This document shows positions 1 through 9,716 of a stretch of DNA of 64,000 bases, one piece after another. Under the pieces are notes generated by a model, which worked only from the letters and a program-made list of their open reading frames with translations, was not told the origin of the DNA and ran no database searches. The DNA comes from Bacteroidia bacterium. Its GTDB lineage: Bacteria; Bacteroidota; Bacteroidia; UKL13-3. Numbering within the stretch: the first letter of the stretch is position 1; each line of letters starts with the position of its first letter. Location: the NCBI GenBank assembly GCA_041665785.1, contig JBAYIE010000021.1:3727-67726 (forward strand), read 5' to 3'. The position numbers and the translations under genes were made by a program.

Positions 1-727
1 CATTGATATCAATGTGGGCTTCCTTACTTGCCTCTATTGCTGACATAGTAAGAGGTAGTAGACGTTTTAAATATTCTTCCCAGGTTTTACACTGAAAATG
101 GTCTAGAAAACTCACCAACAAAGTTTTAGTTTGATCATTATTTGCAAGGAACTGGAACAATAGGATAGCTTTTATTGTCTGTGTGATCCATAATCCATAT
201 AGATTGTAATTAAATTTGTCTGAGTATGGGTAGTCTGCACAAAATCTCATCATGGGGAGTTTAAGTTCAATGTCCAACTCCTTTGTAGATTCACCGGCTA
301 GCAACTGTCTTTTGGTAAAGTCTGAATTTAAGGTCAAATATGCTTTAAAAAGGTTGACTTCAAATTCAGCCGCAGATTGGGTTTCCTCCTCGTTATTTGT
401 CTGAAAAAACAATTCGAATAATTTTAAACTGCTGTAGGGATTGGTTATTATGATCTTCTTATTAATAGCCCGCTCTTGAGCCTCAATTTTCGAAAGTATC
501 TGATCTCCAATGCTTCCATTTTCTTGCCTAAAGAGCATACTGAGAAAATCTTTAGGCCTCTCATACTTCGATCCATGGTTTTTAAAGCCCAAAAAGAAAG
601 CGCATACATTTAGTATCGTATGCCTACTTCCGCCTTTCAGATATTCGGCAGGTTTTCTTGATTGCTCATCTGGAAATATTGCTTCAAACTCCAGCAGGAG
701 TTTCATTACTACAGGATTTGCGATCAT
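1..727 (-). CDS. hypothetical protein, 3' portion runs off window; ATG at 727 (alt 706)
   Basis: Open minus-strand frame from the ATG at 727-725 to the window edge with protein-like translation (MIANPVVMKLLLEFEAIF...). The plus-strand ORF 510-761 in the track is its shadow. AT-rich. Confidence 0.6.
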   Translation of the reverse strand, partial: MIANPVVMKLLLEFEAIFPDEQSRKPAEYLKGGSRHTILNVCAFFLGFKNHGSKYERPKDFLSMLFRQENGSIGDQILSKIEAQERAINKKIIITNPYSSLKLFELFFQTNNEEETQSAAEFEVNLFKAYLTLNSDFTKRQLLAGESTKELDIELKLPMMRFCADYPYSDKFNYNLYGLWITQTIKAILLFQFLANNDQTKTLLVSFLDHFQCKTWEEYLKRLLPLTMSAIEASKEAHIDIN

Positions 728-907
728 CTTAAAAGGAAACCTCCTAGTATTGAAGTCATGAATTTATTGCACATGAGATATTGCTATAATCAAATGTACT
801 CAAAAAAGATTTGTTAATTACCTTATTTTCAGTATGTTTAGTTGGAACCTCTGTTTAGCAAACAAAATGGTTTAATAATTGATAATGCGACCCCATAACT
901 TCATGCT

Positions 908-1714
908 ATGAAAAAGTCAATCGGTACTCGTAAGAACTTTACCACATTAACTCAGGAAGAATGTGGGAGCGTATATAGGATCATTTTGGACAATTCAATT
1001 CAACGGTGGAAATCGGCTGAACACCTAGCTAAAAAAGGTGACTTTGGGGGAGCTATGTCCTTTGTTATAGTTAGCACAGAGGAATTGATAAAAGCTTTCG
1101 TGATATTTCTTGATAGTAAGGGTTTTCGATTTCGTCAAGTAAATGGAATATGGAGATTATTTAAAGATCATGAAATTCGTCTCTTTATTGCATATGCAAT
1201 GTATAATGTTCCAATTTACTTTGAGGTTATCCAGGATGCAATAAAGGAGCTTCAGAAATTAAAGATTGAGATTGTTCTCCCAGATATAGAAGCCGGAACA
1301 GATTTGAAAATAAATATCGGTGGACTTCCAGTAAATAAAGATAGGATTGCCGATTATTTTAGAAACAAACGCGATGTGATAAGACAGGAAGGCGACTGGT
1401 TTTCCGAAATGGAATCACTGAGACAAAAAGGCTTTTATTGTGATTATGACGAGGAATTATTAAGCCCTATCCATGTCGACAAGAAAGCTTATACCGAGGT
1501 AAGGGATAAACTTGCAAGGGTAAACGAGGTAGCCATGGTGCTTATGAATGAGATTAATTCTCAAAACCCAGAAGTACGCGAAGTCACTGAAAAGCTTATG
1601 AGCGATTTTGAAGAAAAGGATTCGTACAAGAGAATTGAAAATGATTTAAAAGAGATAAAGAATAAGGATATTTTTAAAGTGATAGATGAGAAGTTAAAGC
1701 AGTGGAACATTTAA
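908..1714 (+). CDS. hypothetical protein with N-terminal HEPN-like domain (Rx4H motif RLFKDH at aa 83-88); possible defence/abortive-infection RNase
   Basis: 268 aa ORF. N-terminal helical region AEHLAKKGDFGGAMSFVIVSTEELIKAFV followed by R-x4-H, typical of HEPN. AT-rich gene divergent from the unknown gene at 1-727. Confidence 0.55.
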   Translation: MKKSIGTRKNFTTLTQEECGSVYRIILDNSIQRWKSAEHLAKKGDFGGAMSFVIVSTEELIKAFVIFLDSKGFRFRQVNGIWRLFKDHEIRLFIAYAMYNVPIYFEVIQDAIKELQKLKIEIVLPDIEAGTDLKINIGGLPVNKDRIADYFRNKRDVIRQEGDWFSEMESLRQKGFYCDYDEELLSPIHVDKKAYTEVRDKLARVNEVAMVLMNEINSQNPEVREVTEKLMSDFEEKDSYKRIENDLKEIKNKDIFKVIDEKLKQWNI

Positions 1715-1940
1715 AGATTAACATTTGCTATCGTTATATCCTGCAAAAGAATTCTTAATTAGTCCCTTGTAGTGAATGGACTGTCCTTCCGAGAACAGAT
1801 TTTTATGCATTTCCTTGATGGAGGGCTAATGAGTGATTTCTGTCTACTGGAGGAACACATTCAACCCCTGTTAAATAAAGAAACATCCTGTAAAAAAAGT
1901 TCGTAATTCGTCTCTAGTAGTGCACAAGCAAAACAAAAAA

Positions 1941-1963
1941 GGGAGCACAGCTCCCTTTTTTTT
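1941..1963. terminator. bidirectional rho-independent terminator (GGGAGC-ACA-GCTCCC, A-run before and T-run after)
   Basis: Perfect 6 bp GC-rich stem with 3 nt loop followed by TTTTTTTT and preceded by AAACAAAAAA. Sits between convergent genes 908-1714(+) and 1981-2352(-). Confidence 0.8.
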
Positions 1964-1980
1964 ATTATATCCGGTAATAC

Positions 1981-2352
1981 TTATGAAGTAACCGGAGTCA
2001 GAAAGAAATTCATCAGATTACCCGGCAGGTTTGGAAGAGCGTTTACACCCATGCAGGATGCACCCAGCAAGGTGCTGCCAATCAGCATTACAGCACATAC
2101 CGTAACCCATGGAGTTGGAGTACTTTGATCTACACCGTTTACAGTAAACATGAGGGTGTTTCCATATTCATTATTAGCCCAGGTACCTTGTACCGGCAAA
2201 CCCATGGTTGAAACAAAGGTGCAGGTATTGTCATCGTGAAAAGTGATCTGTGTAACATGGTCGAGTGTTGAACCGGATCCATAAAATGGAATGCCGGCGT
2301 TTTGATCACCACCTACTATATTCCAGGTGTAAGAAATTGAAGTAAAACTCAT
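1981..2352 (-). CDS. small hypothetical protein, C-terminal hydrophobic tail-anchor-like segment
   Basis: 123 aa with a Gly/Thr-rich beta-like N-terminal part and a C-terminal 30 aa hydrophobic stretch (TPWVTVCAVMLIGSTLLGASCMGV). The terminator lies just downstream. Confidence 0.5.
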   Translation of the reverse strand: MSFTSISYTWNIVGGDQNAGIPFYGSGSTLDHVTQITFHDDNTCTFVSTMGLPVQGTWANNEYGNTLMFTVNGVDQSTPTPWVTVCAVMLIGSTLLGASCMGVNALPNLPGNLMNFFLTPVTS

Positions 2353-2876
2353 AATGTGTTGTTTATTTTAAAGTACCTACTCTATAGGCTTTTCGGTTTT
2401 CGCCCCGGTTTTTATGGATCCGGATTCCATTTTTTCATATGTGGTGGTCAGCCAGAATTGACCCTATAAGGAAAATTAGCCAAGGGAAAAGAAATGATCG
2501 GGAGTTGAGAGGTGAAGATATTTCAATAAGACTACAAGATATAAAATTATATGATTTTGCGCATAAATCAATCCGGGGAAGAAAGATTATGAAAAATTTG
2601 AAGTGTCTTTGATGCAATTCAAAAGATGCTATAAATTCAATAATTTGTGTTCATCCTGCCAATTTCGAACACTCATTCTCTTTAAGTGGTTGCAATTGTC
2701 GAAGCTAATTGGAATGAGCAATAGCACATGAAGAAAATAGAACAGTCAATATACTTTATAGCAGAGCCAGAGCGTTGTAGAAGCAAATACAATTCTTATA
2801 CTCCATTTAAACTTTCAAATAAGCAGTAATTTGCAACTTAATGATTAATCGCAAAATGTATGATGCGTGTAAAACA

Positions 2877-3896
2877 ATGAAAGGCACACTAATATTGATT
2901 TTCATGGTTGTTTTGTTCAACTATGGTTGCAAAAAGGAGATGCCTATAGAGCCCATTAATCCATTCATAGAAGAGGTTAAAGTCTGGCAGAAGGTTGAAG
3001 GGAATTGGAATACGGACATAAATATTGAAAATGCATTCATCAGGAATAATTTGCTTTATTTAATTGCAGATGGTGTATTCATGGCTGTTGACAGCAATAG
3101 CAATTTGGTTATGTCAACACCCTTGATACATAAACTCCATCCGGCTTTTTATTATAAGCCCACCTTCAATGACAAATATGTTATTCAGGTTAATGCAAGT
3201 GGAAGATCCATTTTCATTTATGAAATTTTGAACCCTCAGATTAATAAATTTATTGAGCTCGATAATGCTGTAAGTATTTCTGCCTTTGGTCAGTTGAATT
3301 ACAAAAATGAGATTGCTATTGGTTTACAATCTGCTAAGATTATCAAGTTAACTTTCAATTCTGTAGCTGACGACATCAATTGGGCTGTGGATACCATTGT
3401 AAGCGGTGAGAGAGCTTCAAGAATTTATGCTTTTGGCGAAAATCATTATATAACTGGCCTGAACAATTGGACGTACAAGTTCAATTCAAACACCGGAATA
3501 ATTCAACCCATAGGTGAATACAGAATAAGTAATATGGTAGAATGTAACGATACCCTTTATGCCGTACTTTTTTGGACTACGCTTTCAGGTGATGGAATGA
3601 TCTATTCGACTGATAATGGTAATTCCTGGTATCATGTTATTTCAAATCTGAGATTGGATTATTATTCCTTACATCAAGTCAATAAGCGTCTTGTATTTAG
3701 CTATTATACTAAAATGCACAGGTTTCATTTGGACAATATTGAAATGATGTATTACTTTAAAGAAATGGCCGGCAGAGGATTATTTGAGGAACAGCCTTAC
3801 AGCTGTGAAATCAATAGTGTATTGAAGTTGGGCAGCCATGTTTTTGTTTCAACTTCAAAGGGGCTATATATAAAAAGCTTCGAAGATTTTAATTAG
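2877..3896 (+). CDS. lipoprotein with BNR/Asp-box motif (YSTDNGNSW), beta-propeller-like; ORF begins 2841, likely start 2877
   Basis: Signal peptide plus lipobox (MKGTLILIFMVVLFNYGC). Has an Asp-box SxDxGxxW. AT-rich. Confidence 0.6.
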   Translation: MKGTLILIFMVVLFNYGCKKEMPIEPINPFIEEVKVWQKVEGNWNTDINIENAFIRNNLLYLIADGVFMAVDSNSNLVMSTPLIHKLHPAFYYKPTFNDKYVIQVNASGRSIFIYEILNPQINKFIELDNAVSISAFGQLNYKNEIAIGLQSAKIIKLTFNSVADDINWAVDTIVSGERASRIYAFGENHYITGLNNWTYKFNSNTGIIQPIGEYRISNMVECNDTLYAVLFWTTLSGDGMIYSTDNGNSWYHVISNLRLDYYSLHQVNKRLVFSYYTKMHRFHLDNIEMMYYFKEMAGRGLFEEQPYSCEINSVLKLGSHVFVSTSKGLYIKSFEDFN

Positions 3897-3968
3897 TCCA
3901 ACGCTGATTTCAATCTCAAATTAACTGAACAATTGAAATGATTAGTAAAGTTTTTGGAATACTTTTTT

Positions 3969-5612
3969 TTAGTAGACCCTTTTCCCTCCCAAATACACCC
4001 CTTCTATTTTTGCATTGCGAATCACTTCTAAATTTTCAGACAGCAGGTTCTCTTTCATCACCACAAAATCGGCCAGTTTGCCGGCTTCCAGCGATCCTTT
4101 TTTATTTTCTTCAAACGAGGCTTTTGCCGCCCAGATGGTAATGCCGCTCAAAGCCTGTTCGCGACTCAGGGCATGTTGTGGCTGAAAGCCGTTCTCCGGA
4201 AATCCTGTGGCATCTTTTCGGGCAATGGCTGAGTAAAAGGTATAAAGTGGATTTACCTCTTCAACTGGAAAATCGGTTCCGAGAGGTATCCAGCCATGTT
4301 GGTCCATCAACAGTTTATAAGCATAAGCACCCTTGAGTCTTTCTTTTCCAATACGATCACCCGCCCAATACATATCGCTGGTGGCATGCGTGGGCTGAAC
4401 AGATGGAATAATGCCGTAAGCATTGAATAAAGGAAAATCACCGGGATTTAGTACTTGTGCATGTTCTATACGCCAGCGACGATTGCTTTTTAGCCCCAGG
4501 GCTTTTCCGTATGCATGCAACAAAAAGCGGTTGGCCGAGTCGCCGATGCAATGTGTGTTAAGTTGATAATCAGAAGCGGCTACGCGTTTTATGTATTCGT
4601 GAATTATTGCGGGTGGAGTTAATAAAAATCCCTGATGTCCGGGTTGATCCAGATAAGGTTCCAACAGGCAAGCACCACGTGAACCCAAGGCGCCGTCGGC
4701 ATACATTTTAAATGAAGCAACCCGCAAATGATCGGTTTGAATAGGAGCTCTTGCCAACCAGGTGTCGAGGTTTTTATCTGAAATGCTGACCATGGCATCG
4801 ATGCGCATTTGTAATATTCCTGCTTGTTGCAACGAATCGATTTGTTCAATGATTTCACTTTCGAGTCCGGCATCGCATACGCTCGTTAATCCGGTTGCAA
4901 AGCAAAGCGCTTGTGCCTGCAATAAAGCAGTTGTACGTTCACTCACCGATGGTTGGGGCAATTTCGACTGCACTTCATCTACGGCATTGTCAATCAATAC
5001 TCCGGTAAGTTTACCATTCACCGTTAATATTTCGCCTCCATCAATAACCGATTGGGGTGTAATGCCGGATAATTGCAAAGCCTGCTCATTGGCAATGGCT
5101 GCATGACCGTCAACACGTTTCAACAATACGGGAATGTCGGGGAATAAACGGTTCAGTGCTGCGTTGTCAGGATAGGTTTTTACTTCCCAGTCATTCTGAT
5201 CCCAGCCCCGTCCGGTGAGGGTTTGCGGATGGTGGGTTTCTACAAATATTTTGCAACGTTCCAGTACTTCTTCCCAGCTTCGCGTTCCAACCAGATCAAC
5301 GCGTTGGGTAGTTAATCCCAATCCGTAAAAATGCGCATGAGCATCGATAAAGCCGGGATAAATAAACGCACCGCCAACATCGAAAACTGAATCGCTTCTG
5401 TATTTTTCTTTCAGTTCATTTCCACCCAACGCAACAATTTTCCCATCGCGAATGGCCATGCACGAAAATTCCTGCATCAACGAATCCACGGTTTGAATGT
5501 GCCCATTTTTTACCAGCAGATCGATGGATGGTTTAGTTGAACAGGAACTCAGCAGCAGCAATACTGATGCAAGCAGGAAAGAATAAGAAGTGATTTTTTT
5601 GAAGTACTTCAC
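3969..5612 (-). CDS. amidohydrolase family lipoprotein (Amidohydro_3-like, HAH metal-binding motif)
   Basis: 547 aa. Lipoprotein signal LLLLSSCS. GFIDAHAHFYGLG motif typical of metal-dependent amidohydrolases. Confidence 0.75.
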   Translation of the reverse strand: MKYFKKITSYSFLLASVLLLLSSCSTKPSIDLLVKNGHIQTVDSLMQEFSCMAIRDGKIVALGGNELKEKYRSDSVFDVGGAFIYPGFIDAHAHFYGLGLTTQRVDLVGTRSWEEVLERCKIFVETHHPQTLTGRGWDQNDWEVKTYPDNAALNRLFPDIPVLLKRVDGHAAIANEQALQLSGITPQSVIDGGEILTVNGKLTGVLIDNAVDEVQSKLPQPSVSERTTALLQAQALCFATGLTSVCDAGLESEIIEQIDSLQQAGILQMRIDAMVSISDKNLDTWLARAPIQTDHLRVASFKMYADGALGSRGACLLEPYLDQPGHQGFLLTPPAIIHEYIKRVAASDYQLNTHCIGDSANRFLLHAYGKALGLKSNRRWRIEHAQVLNPGDFPLFNAYGIIPSVQPTHATSDMYWAGDRIGKERLKGAYAYKLLMDQHGWIPLGTDFPVEEVNPLYTFYSAIARKDATGFPENGFQPQHALSREQALSGITIWAAKASFEENKKGSLEAGKLADFVVMKENLLSENLEVIRNAKIEGVYLGGKRVY

Positions 5613-5616
5613 ACAC

Positions 5617-7776
5617 TTATAATTTTTCCAGAATGAAACGGGTCATACGTTCGTATAAATGCAAACGAATTTTTCCACCACCGATACCATGATTTTTGTT
5701 TGGATAAATTTCTGAATCGAACCGAATGCCTTTGTTGATCATAGCATTTACCATTTCCACGGTATTCTGAAAATGCACATTATCGTCGGCTGTTCCATGG
5801 ATGATCAGGTAATTGCCTTTTATTTTATCGACATGGTTGATGGGGGAATTATCGTCGTAGTTGGTTCCGTTTTCCTGTGGCTTGCGCATAAAGCGTTCGG
5901 TATAAATATTGTCGTAATAGCGCCAGTTGGTTACTGGGGCCACAGCTATTGCTACTTTAAATACATCGGCACCTTTGGTAATGGCGAGGCTCGACATATA
6001 TCCTCCATAACTCCATCCCCAGATTCCGATCCTGCTTGCATCTACATAGGGTAATTTTCCCAATTGACGTGCTACCTCAATCTGATCTTCAATTTCATAT
6101 TTGCCCAGTTGCAGGTAGGTAACTTTTTTAAATGCTTCGCCTTTTCCTCCGGTTCCTCTTCCATCTGTACACACAATCATATATCCTTTTTGAGACAACA
6201 TCTGGAACCAGAAATAATTTCCACCCATCCACCGATTTACGGCCAGTTGATTGCCGGGACCTCCGTATACATACATCAATACAGGATATTTTTTTGCCGG
6301 ATCGAATTGAGCCGGTTTGATGATAAAGGCATTGAGATTTTCTTTGTATGCATTGGTAAACGAACTCATTTCGGCGTTCACCAACCCGAAGGTTTTCATT
6401 TTCTGTTGCAGTGCTTCGTTCGATTCCAGCATACGCACTTCTTTTCCATTGCCGTCGCACAAGGCATAAACCGGCGGGTTATTTAAGGACGAATTCACAT
6501 GAAGAAAAAAGCTGAAATCGGTATTGAAGGTTGCTGCATTCCATCCGGGTTTTGAAGTCAGCATTTTTTTTGCCTTCCCATCCAGCGAAATGCAATACAC
6601 CTGCCGGTCCGATGAAATGGTTTCGCCGGAAGTGTAGTACACCATCTTTGCTTTTTCATTCAAGCCTAAAAATTGATCCAGATCCCAATTCCCTTTTGTA
6701 ATTTGTTTGATCAGTTTGCCCGAAGTGGAGTGATGATACAAATGCATCCATCCGCTTTTTTCGCTGGTAATCAGAAACGATTTTCCACCCTGAATGAAAC
6801 GGATTTCAGGTACATCCAGGTAGGTTGAACTTTCTTCGGTATACATCACTTTGGAAGACCCGGTTTGAATATCGGTCGTCAGCAATTCCATTTTATTCTG
6901 CAGGCGATTCATGCGTTCGATGCACAAGCTTCCGGCATTGATCCAATAGATCCGTGGTAAATAGATATCGGTTTCTTTTCCGGTATCCATCACCTTGCTG
7001 CTGCCATCGTTCAGCGCATACACCTGAATGCGCACTACTGAATTTACTTCTCCTGCTTTTGGATATTTGAATTTACTTTCTTCGGGATACAATTTGTTGT
7101 ACAAAGGCATGCCGTATTCCGGCACTTTGGTTTCGTCGAACTCGTAAAAAGCAATATGGGAACTGCTTTCATTCCATTCGTAGCCTTTGGATAAAGCAAA
7201 CTCTTCTTCGTATACCCAATCGGTTGTTCCATTGATGATATGGTTTACTTTCCCGTTTTTGGTGATGGCCGTTTCTTTTTTTGCAGCCAGATCATAGCAA
7301 TACAAATTGTTGTCTTTCACATAGGCAATTTTTTGTGCATCGGGCGATAATTCAGCCAACATCACCGGCTCAGCTGAAGGTTGAATCACACTTTTGGTTT
7401 TGCAATCAAATACATAAACATGTGCGGTATACGAATGGCGATAAATCGACTTAAGATTTGTTTCAAGGAGCAATTTACTTTCATCCGCACTCCAGCTAAA
7501 GCGGAAATTTTTGATGGCCTGACCTTCCCATAGAAGGTCGTCGGCTTTGAGCAGAGTGTCTACCAGTGCTCCGGTTGCAAAAGCATAGCGGATCAGATTT
7601 TGATCGGCATCCTGAATGCAGTAATAACGCCCGTCTTTCATCGAATTGAAACCGGGTATACCTTTGGATGGAAAAGTTCCTTTGGTAAAAATATCTTCCA
7701 GGGTAATGGCTTGCTGAGCCGTGGAAGTTGTAAATGAAAAGGTAATCAGGAATGCGGAGTAAATTAATTTTCTCAT
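5617..7776 (-). CDS. S9B family dipeptidyl-peptidase IV (prolyl oligopeptidase fold)
   Basis: 719 aa with signal peptide. GWSYGG nucleophile-elbow motif. N-terminal DPP-IV beta-propeller-like region. C-terminal catalytic Asp/His region (HGTADDNVH). Confidence 0.85.
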   Translation of the reverse strand: MRKLIYSAFLITFSFTTSTAQQAITLEDIFTKGTFPSKGIPGFNSMKDGRYYCIQDADQNLIRYAFATGALVDTLLKADDLLWEGQAIKNFRFSWSADESKLLLETNLKSIYRHSYTAHVYVFDCKTKSVIQPSAEPVMLAELSPDAQKIAYVKDNNLYCYDLAAKKETAITKNGKVNHIINGTTDWVYEEEFALSKGYEWNESSSHIAFYEFDETKVPEYGMPLYNKLYPEESKFKYPKAGEVNSVVRIQVYALNDGSSKVMDTGKETDIYLPRIYWINAGSLCIERMNRLQNKMELLTTDIQTGSSKVMYTEESSTYLDVPEIRFIQGGKSFLITSEKSGWMHLYHHSTSGKLIKQITKGNWDLDQFLGLNEKAKMVYYTSGETISSDRQVYCISLDGKAKKMLTSKPGWNAATFNTDFSFFLHVNSSLNNPPVYALCDGNGKEVRMLESNEALQQKMKTFGLVNAEMSSFTNAYKENLNAFIIKPAQFDPAKKYPVLMYVYGGPGNQLAVNRWMGGNYFWFQMLSQKGYMIVCTDGRGTGGKGEAFKKVTYLQLGKYEIEDQIEVARQLGKLPYVDASRIGIWGWSYGGYMSSLAITKGADVFKVAIAVAPVTNWRYYDNIYTERFMRKPQENGTNYDDNSPINHVDKIKGNYLIIHGTADDNVHFQNTVEMVNAMINKGIRFDSEIYPNKNHGIGGGKIRLHLYERMTRFILEKL

Positions 7777-7825
7777 ATGTTCTATTGGTCAGTTTTTTGG
7801 TATGATAAAGGGATTTTATTTTTGG

Positions 7826-7956
7826 GCGCGTCCATGAAGTATGCGCAATAGGTATTCTTCTTATTTAATCAGCATTTTGCGCGCTTAACTTCATGGTCGG
7901 GCTATCCGTTACAAGTCCTCGCTGCGCTGCGGGCTTTTCACTTCTATCCCTCGCGC
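7826..7956 (-). repeat. copy A of structured intergenic repeat (conserved box AAAGCCCGCAGCGCAGCGAGGACTTG plus hairpin CCATGAAG/CTTCATGG)
   Basis: Shares a 26 nt core and flanking stem architecture with copies at 16437-16590 and 62265-62423. Lies in the divergent promoter region between the S9 peptidase and the FAD oxidase. Confidence 0.8.
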
Positions 7957-8195
7957 AACCTACGCATATAAACTTGGCGTAAAGAGCAAGATGCTTTTCA
8001 CGCTTTGTATGTATTCCGGGAGATGTAAGGTTTATTGGCAAAACGATGTTTTATTGAGTTTTAATGTTTCAAGGGTTGGTCTTATTTAAAAACTAATCCT
8101 TAGTCAGCACTTTTTATTGATAAGCATAGCATTCACAAATGCAAAATCAGGATTGAGTATATCATTAATTTTTTTTTGAGCAGCTCAACATACTG

Positions 8196-9644
8196 TTGTT
8201 TATAATTTCCGGATTGACTTCCATTTGTAGGAATTATATTTGGCTTGTGCAATATACTAAAGTCTCTGAGGAGCATATTCATTTTTTTACAGGGGTGGCC
8301 GGTAAGGCATATGTATGGTCGGATCTGGAGCAAATGCAGGCTTATGCCAAAGATCAGACGGAGGATTTGGTGTATATGCCCGAGGTTGTTATTCGTCCGC
8401 GAACAGCCGAAGAAATTTCTGCCATTCTGAAATATTGCCAGCACGAGAAAATACCGGTAACTCCGCGTGGTGCCGGAACCGGTCTCAGTGGCGGGGCTCT
8501 TCCGGCAAAAGGAGGAGTGGTGCTTTCTTTGGAGCGCTTCAATGAAATTCTGCACCTCGATCAACGCAATTTTCAGGTTACGGTTGAGCCGGGGGTCATC
8601 AACGAAGTATTGCAACAAGCCGTACGCGAAGTGGGTTTATTTTATCCGCCCGATCCGGCCAGCAAGGGCAGTTGTTTTTTGGGTGGAAATATTGCCCATG
8701 CCAGCGGCGGTCCGCGCGCCTTGAAATACGGAACAACGCGCGATTATGTGTTGAACCTCGAAGTGGTTTTACCAACAGGAGAAATTATCTGGACCGGTGC
8801 AAATACCTTAAAATATTCAACCGGATACAACCTTACGCATTTGATGATAGGTAGCGAGGGTACACTTGGAGTGGTAACTAAAATAGTCCTGAAACTTATA
8901 CCGCATCCTCAGCAAACCTTGTTGATGTTAACACCATTCAGTTCACCTGAAAAGGCTTGCGAAGCGGTGAATGCCATCTTTCTTGCGGGTTGCAATCCAA
9001 GTGCCTGCGAATTTATTGAACCGGAAGGATTTCGCCTGGCCGCCCATATGCTCAATCTGAAATTTGAAATTCCGGATGATGCACATGCGTATTTACTAAT
9101 TGAAGTAGATGGCAATGATGTGGAACGGATGATGCAGGAATGTGAAACCATCAGTGAGGTATTGTATCAACACCAAAGTGGAGAAGTGCAGTTTGCACAA
9201 ACAGCCGATGAAAAAGAATACTTCTGGAAACTTCGCCGCAGCATTGGTGAGGCAACCAAATTCAACAATACCTACAAAGAAGAAGATACGGTTGTACCGC
9301 GTGCAGAATTGCCCGTATTGTTTAAAAGAGTAAAAGAAATCGGAGCTCGCTATGGCTTCCGCACTGTTTGCTACGGACACGCAGGCGATGGTAATTTGCA
9401 TGTAAATATTCTGAAAGATGATCTGGACGATACTTTCTGGAACGAAAAATTAACAGAAGCAATAAGTGAAATATTCCTGTTGTGCAAACAACTCAAAGGC
9501 ACCATCAGCGGGGAGCATGGTATCGGATTGGTACAAAAGCCCTACATGAAGTTGGTGATGCCGGAAGTACAACTTGGGCTTATGCGCAAGATCAAGAGTG
9601 CTTTTGATCCCAATGAAATCCTGAATCCGGGTAAAATTTTCTGA
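8196..9644 (+). CDS. FAD-linked oxidase (GlcD / D-lactate dehydrogenase family, FAD_binding_4 + C-terminal domain); start uncertain
   Basis: 482 aa with PRGAGTGLSGGALP FAD-binding motif and full-length similarity to the glycolate oxidase subunit GlcD pattern. Confidence 0.8.
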   Translation: MFIISGLTSICRNYIWLVQYTKVSEEHIHFFTGVAGKAYVWSDLEQMQAYAKDQTEDLVYMPEVVIRPRTAEEISAILKYCQHEKIPVTPRGAGTGLSGGALPAKGGVVLSLERFNEILHLDQRNFQVTVEPGVINEVLQQAVREVGLFYPPDPASKGSCFLGGNIAHASGGPRALKYGTTRDYVLNLEVVLPTGEIIWTGANTLKYSTGYNLTHLMIGSEGTLGVVTKIVLKLIPHPQQTLLMLTPFSSPEKACEAVNAIFLAGCNPSACEFIEPEGFRLAAHMLNLKFEIPDDAHAYLLIEVDGNDVERMMQECETISEVLYQHQSGEVQFAQTADEKEYFWKLRRSIGEATKFNNTYKEEDTVVPRAELPVLFKRVKEIGARYGFRTVCYGHAGDGNLHVNILKDDLDDTFWNEKLTEAISEIFLLCKQLKGTISGEHGIGLVQKPYMKLVMPEVQLGLMRKIKSAFDPNEILNPGKIF

Positions 9645-9716
9645 GCATTCGCATACCGACTTTCACAATTTCGGATTCGCGACTATCTTTGGCCACCTAA
9701 ACAGCAAGCAGCAATT

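Noticed and set aside
510-761. 83 aa plus-strand ORF in the track
   Set aside because: It lies antisense to a much longer, protein-like minus-strand frame (1-727) and its translation is low-complexity. Treated as a shadow ORF.
8133-8618. 161 aa minus-strand ORF overlapping the FAD-oxidase start; similarly 10923-11438 antisense to ettA
   Set aside because: Antisense to strongly supported conserved genes with no motifs. Shadow ORFs.
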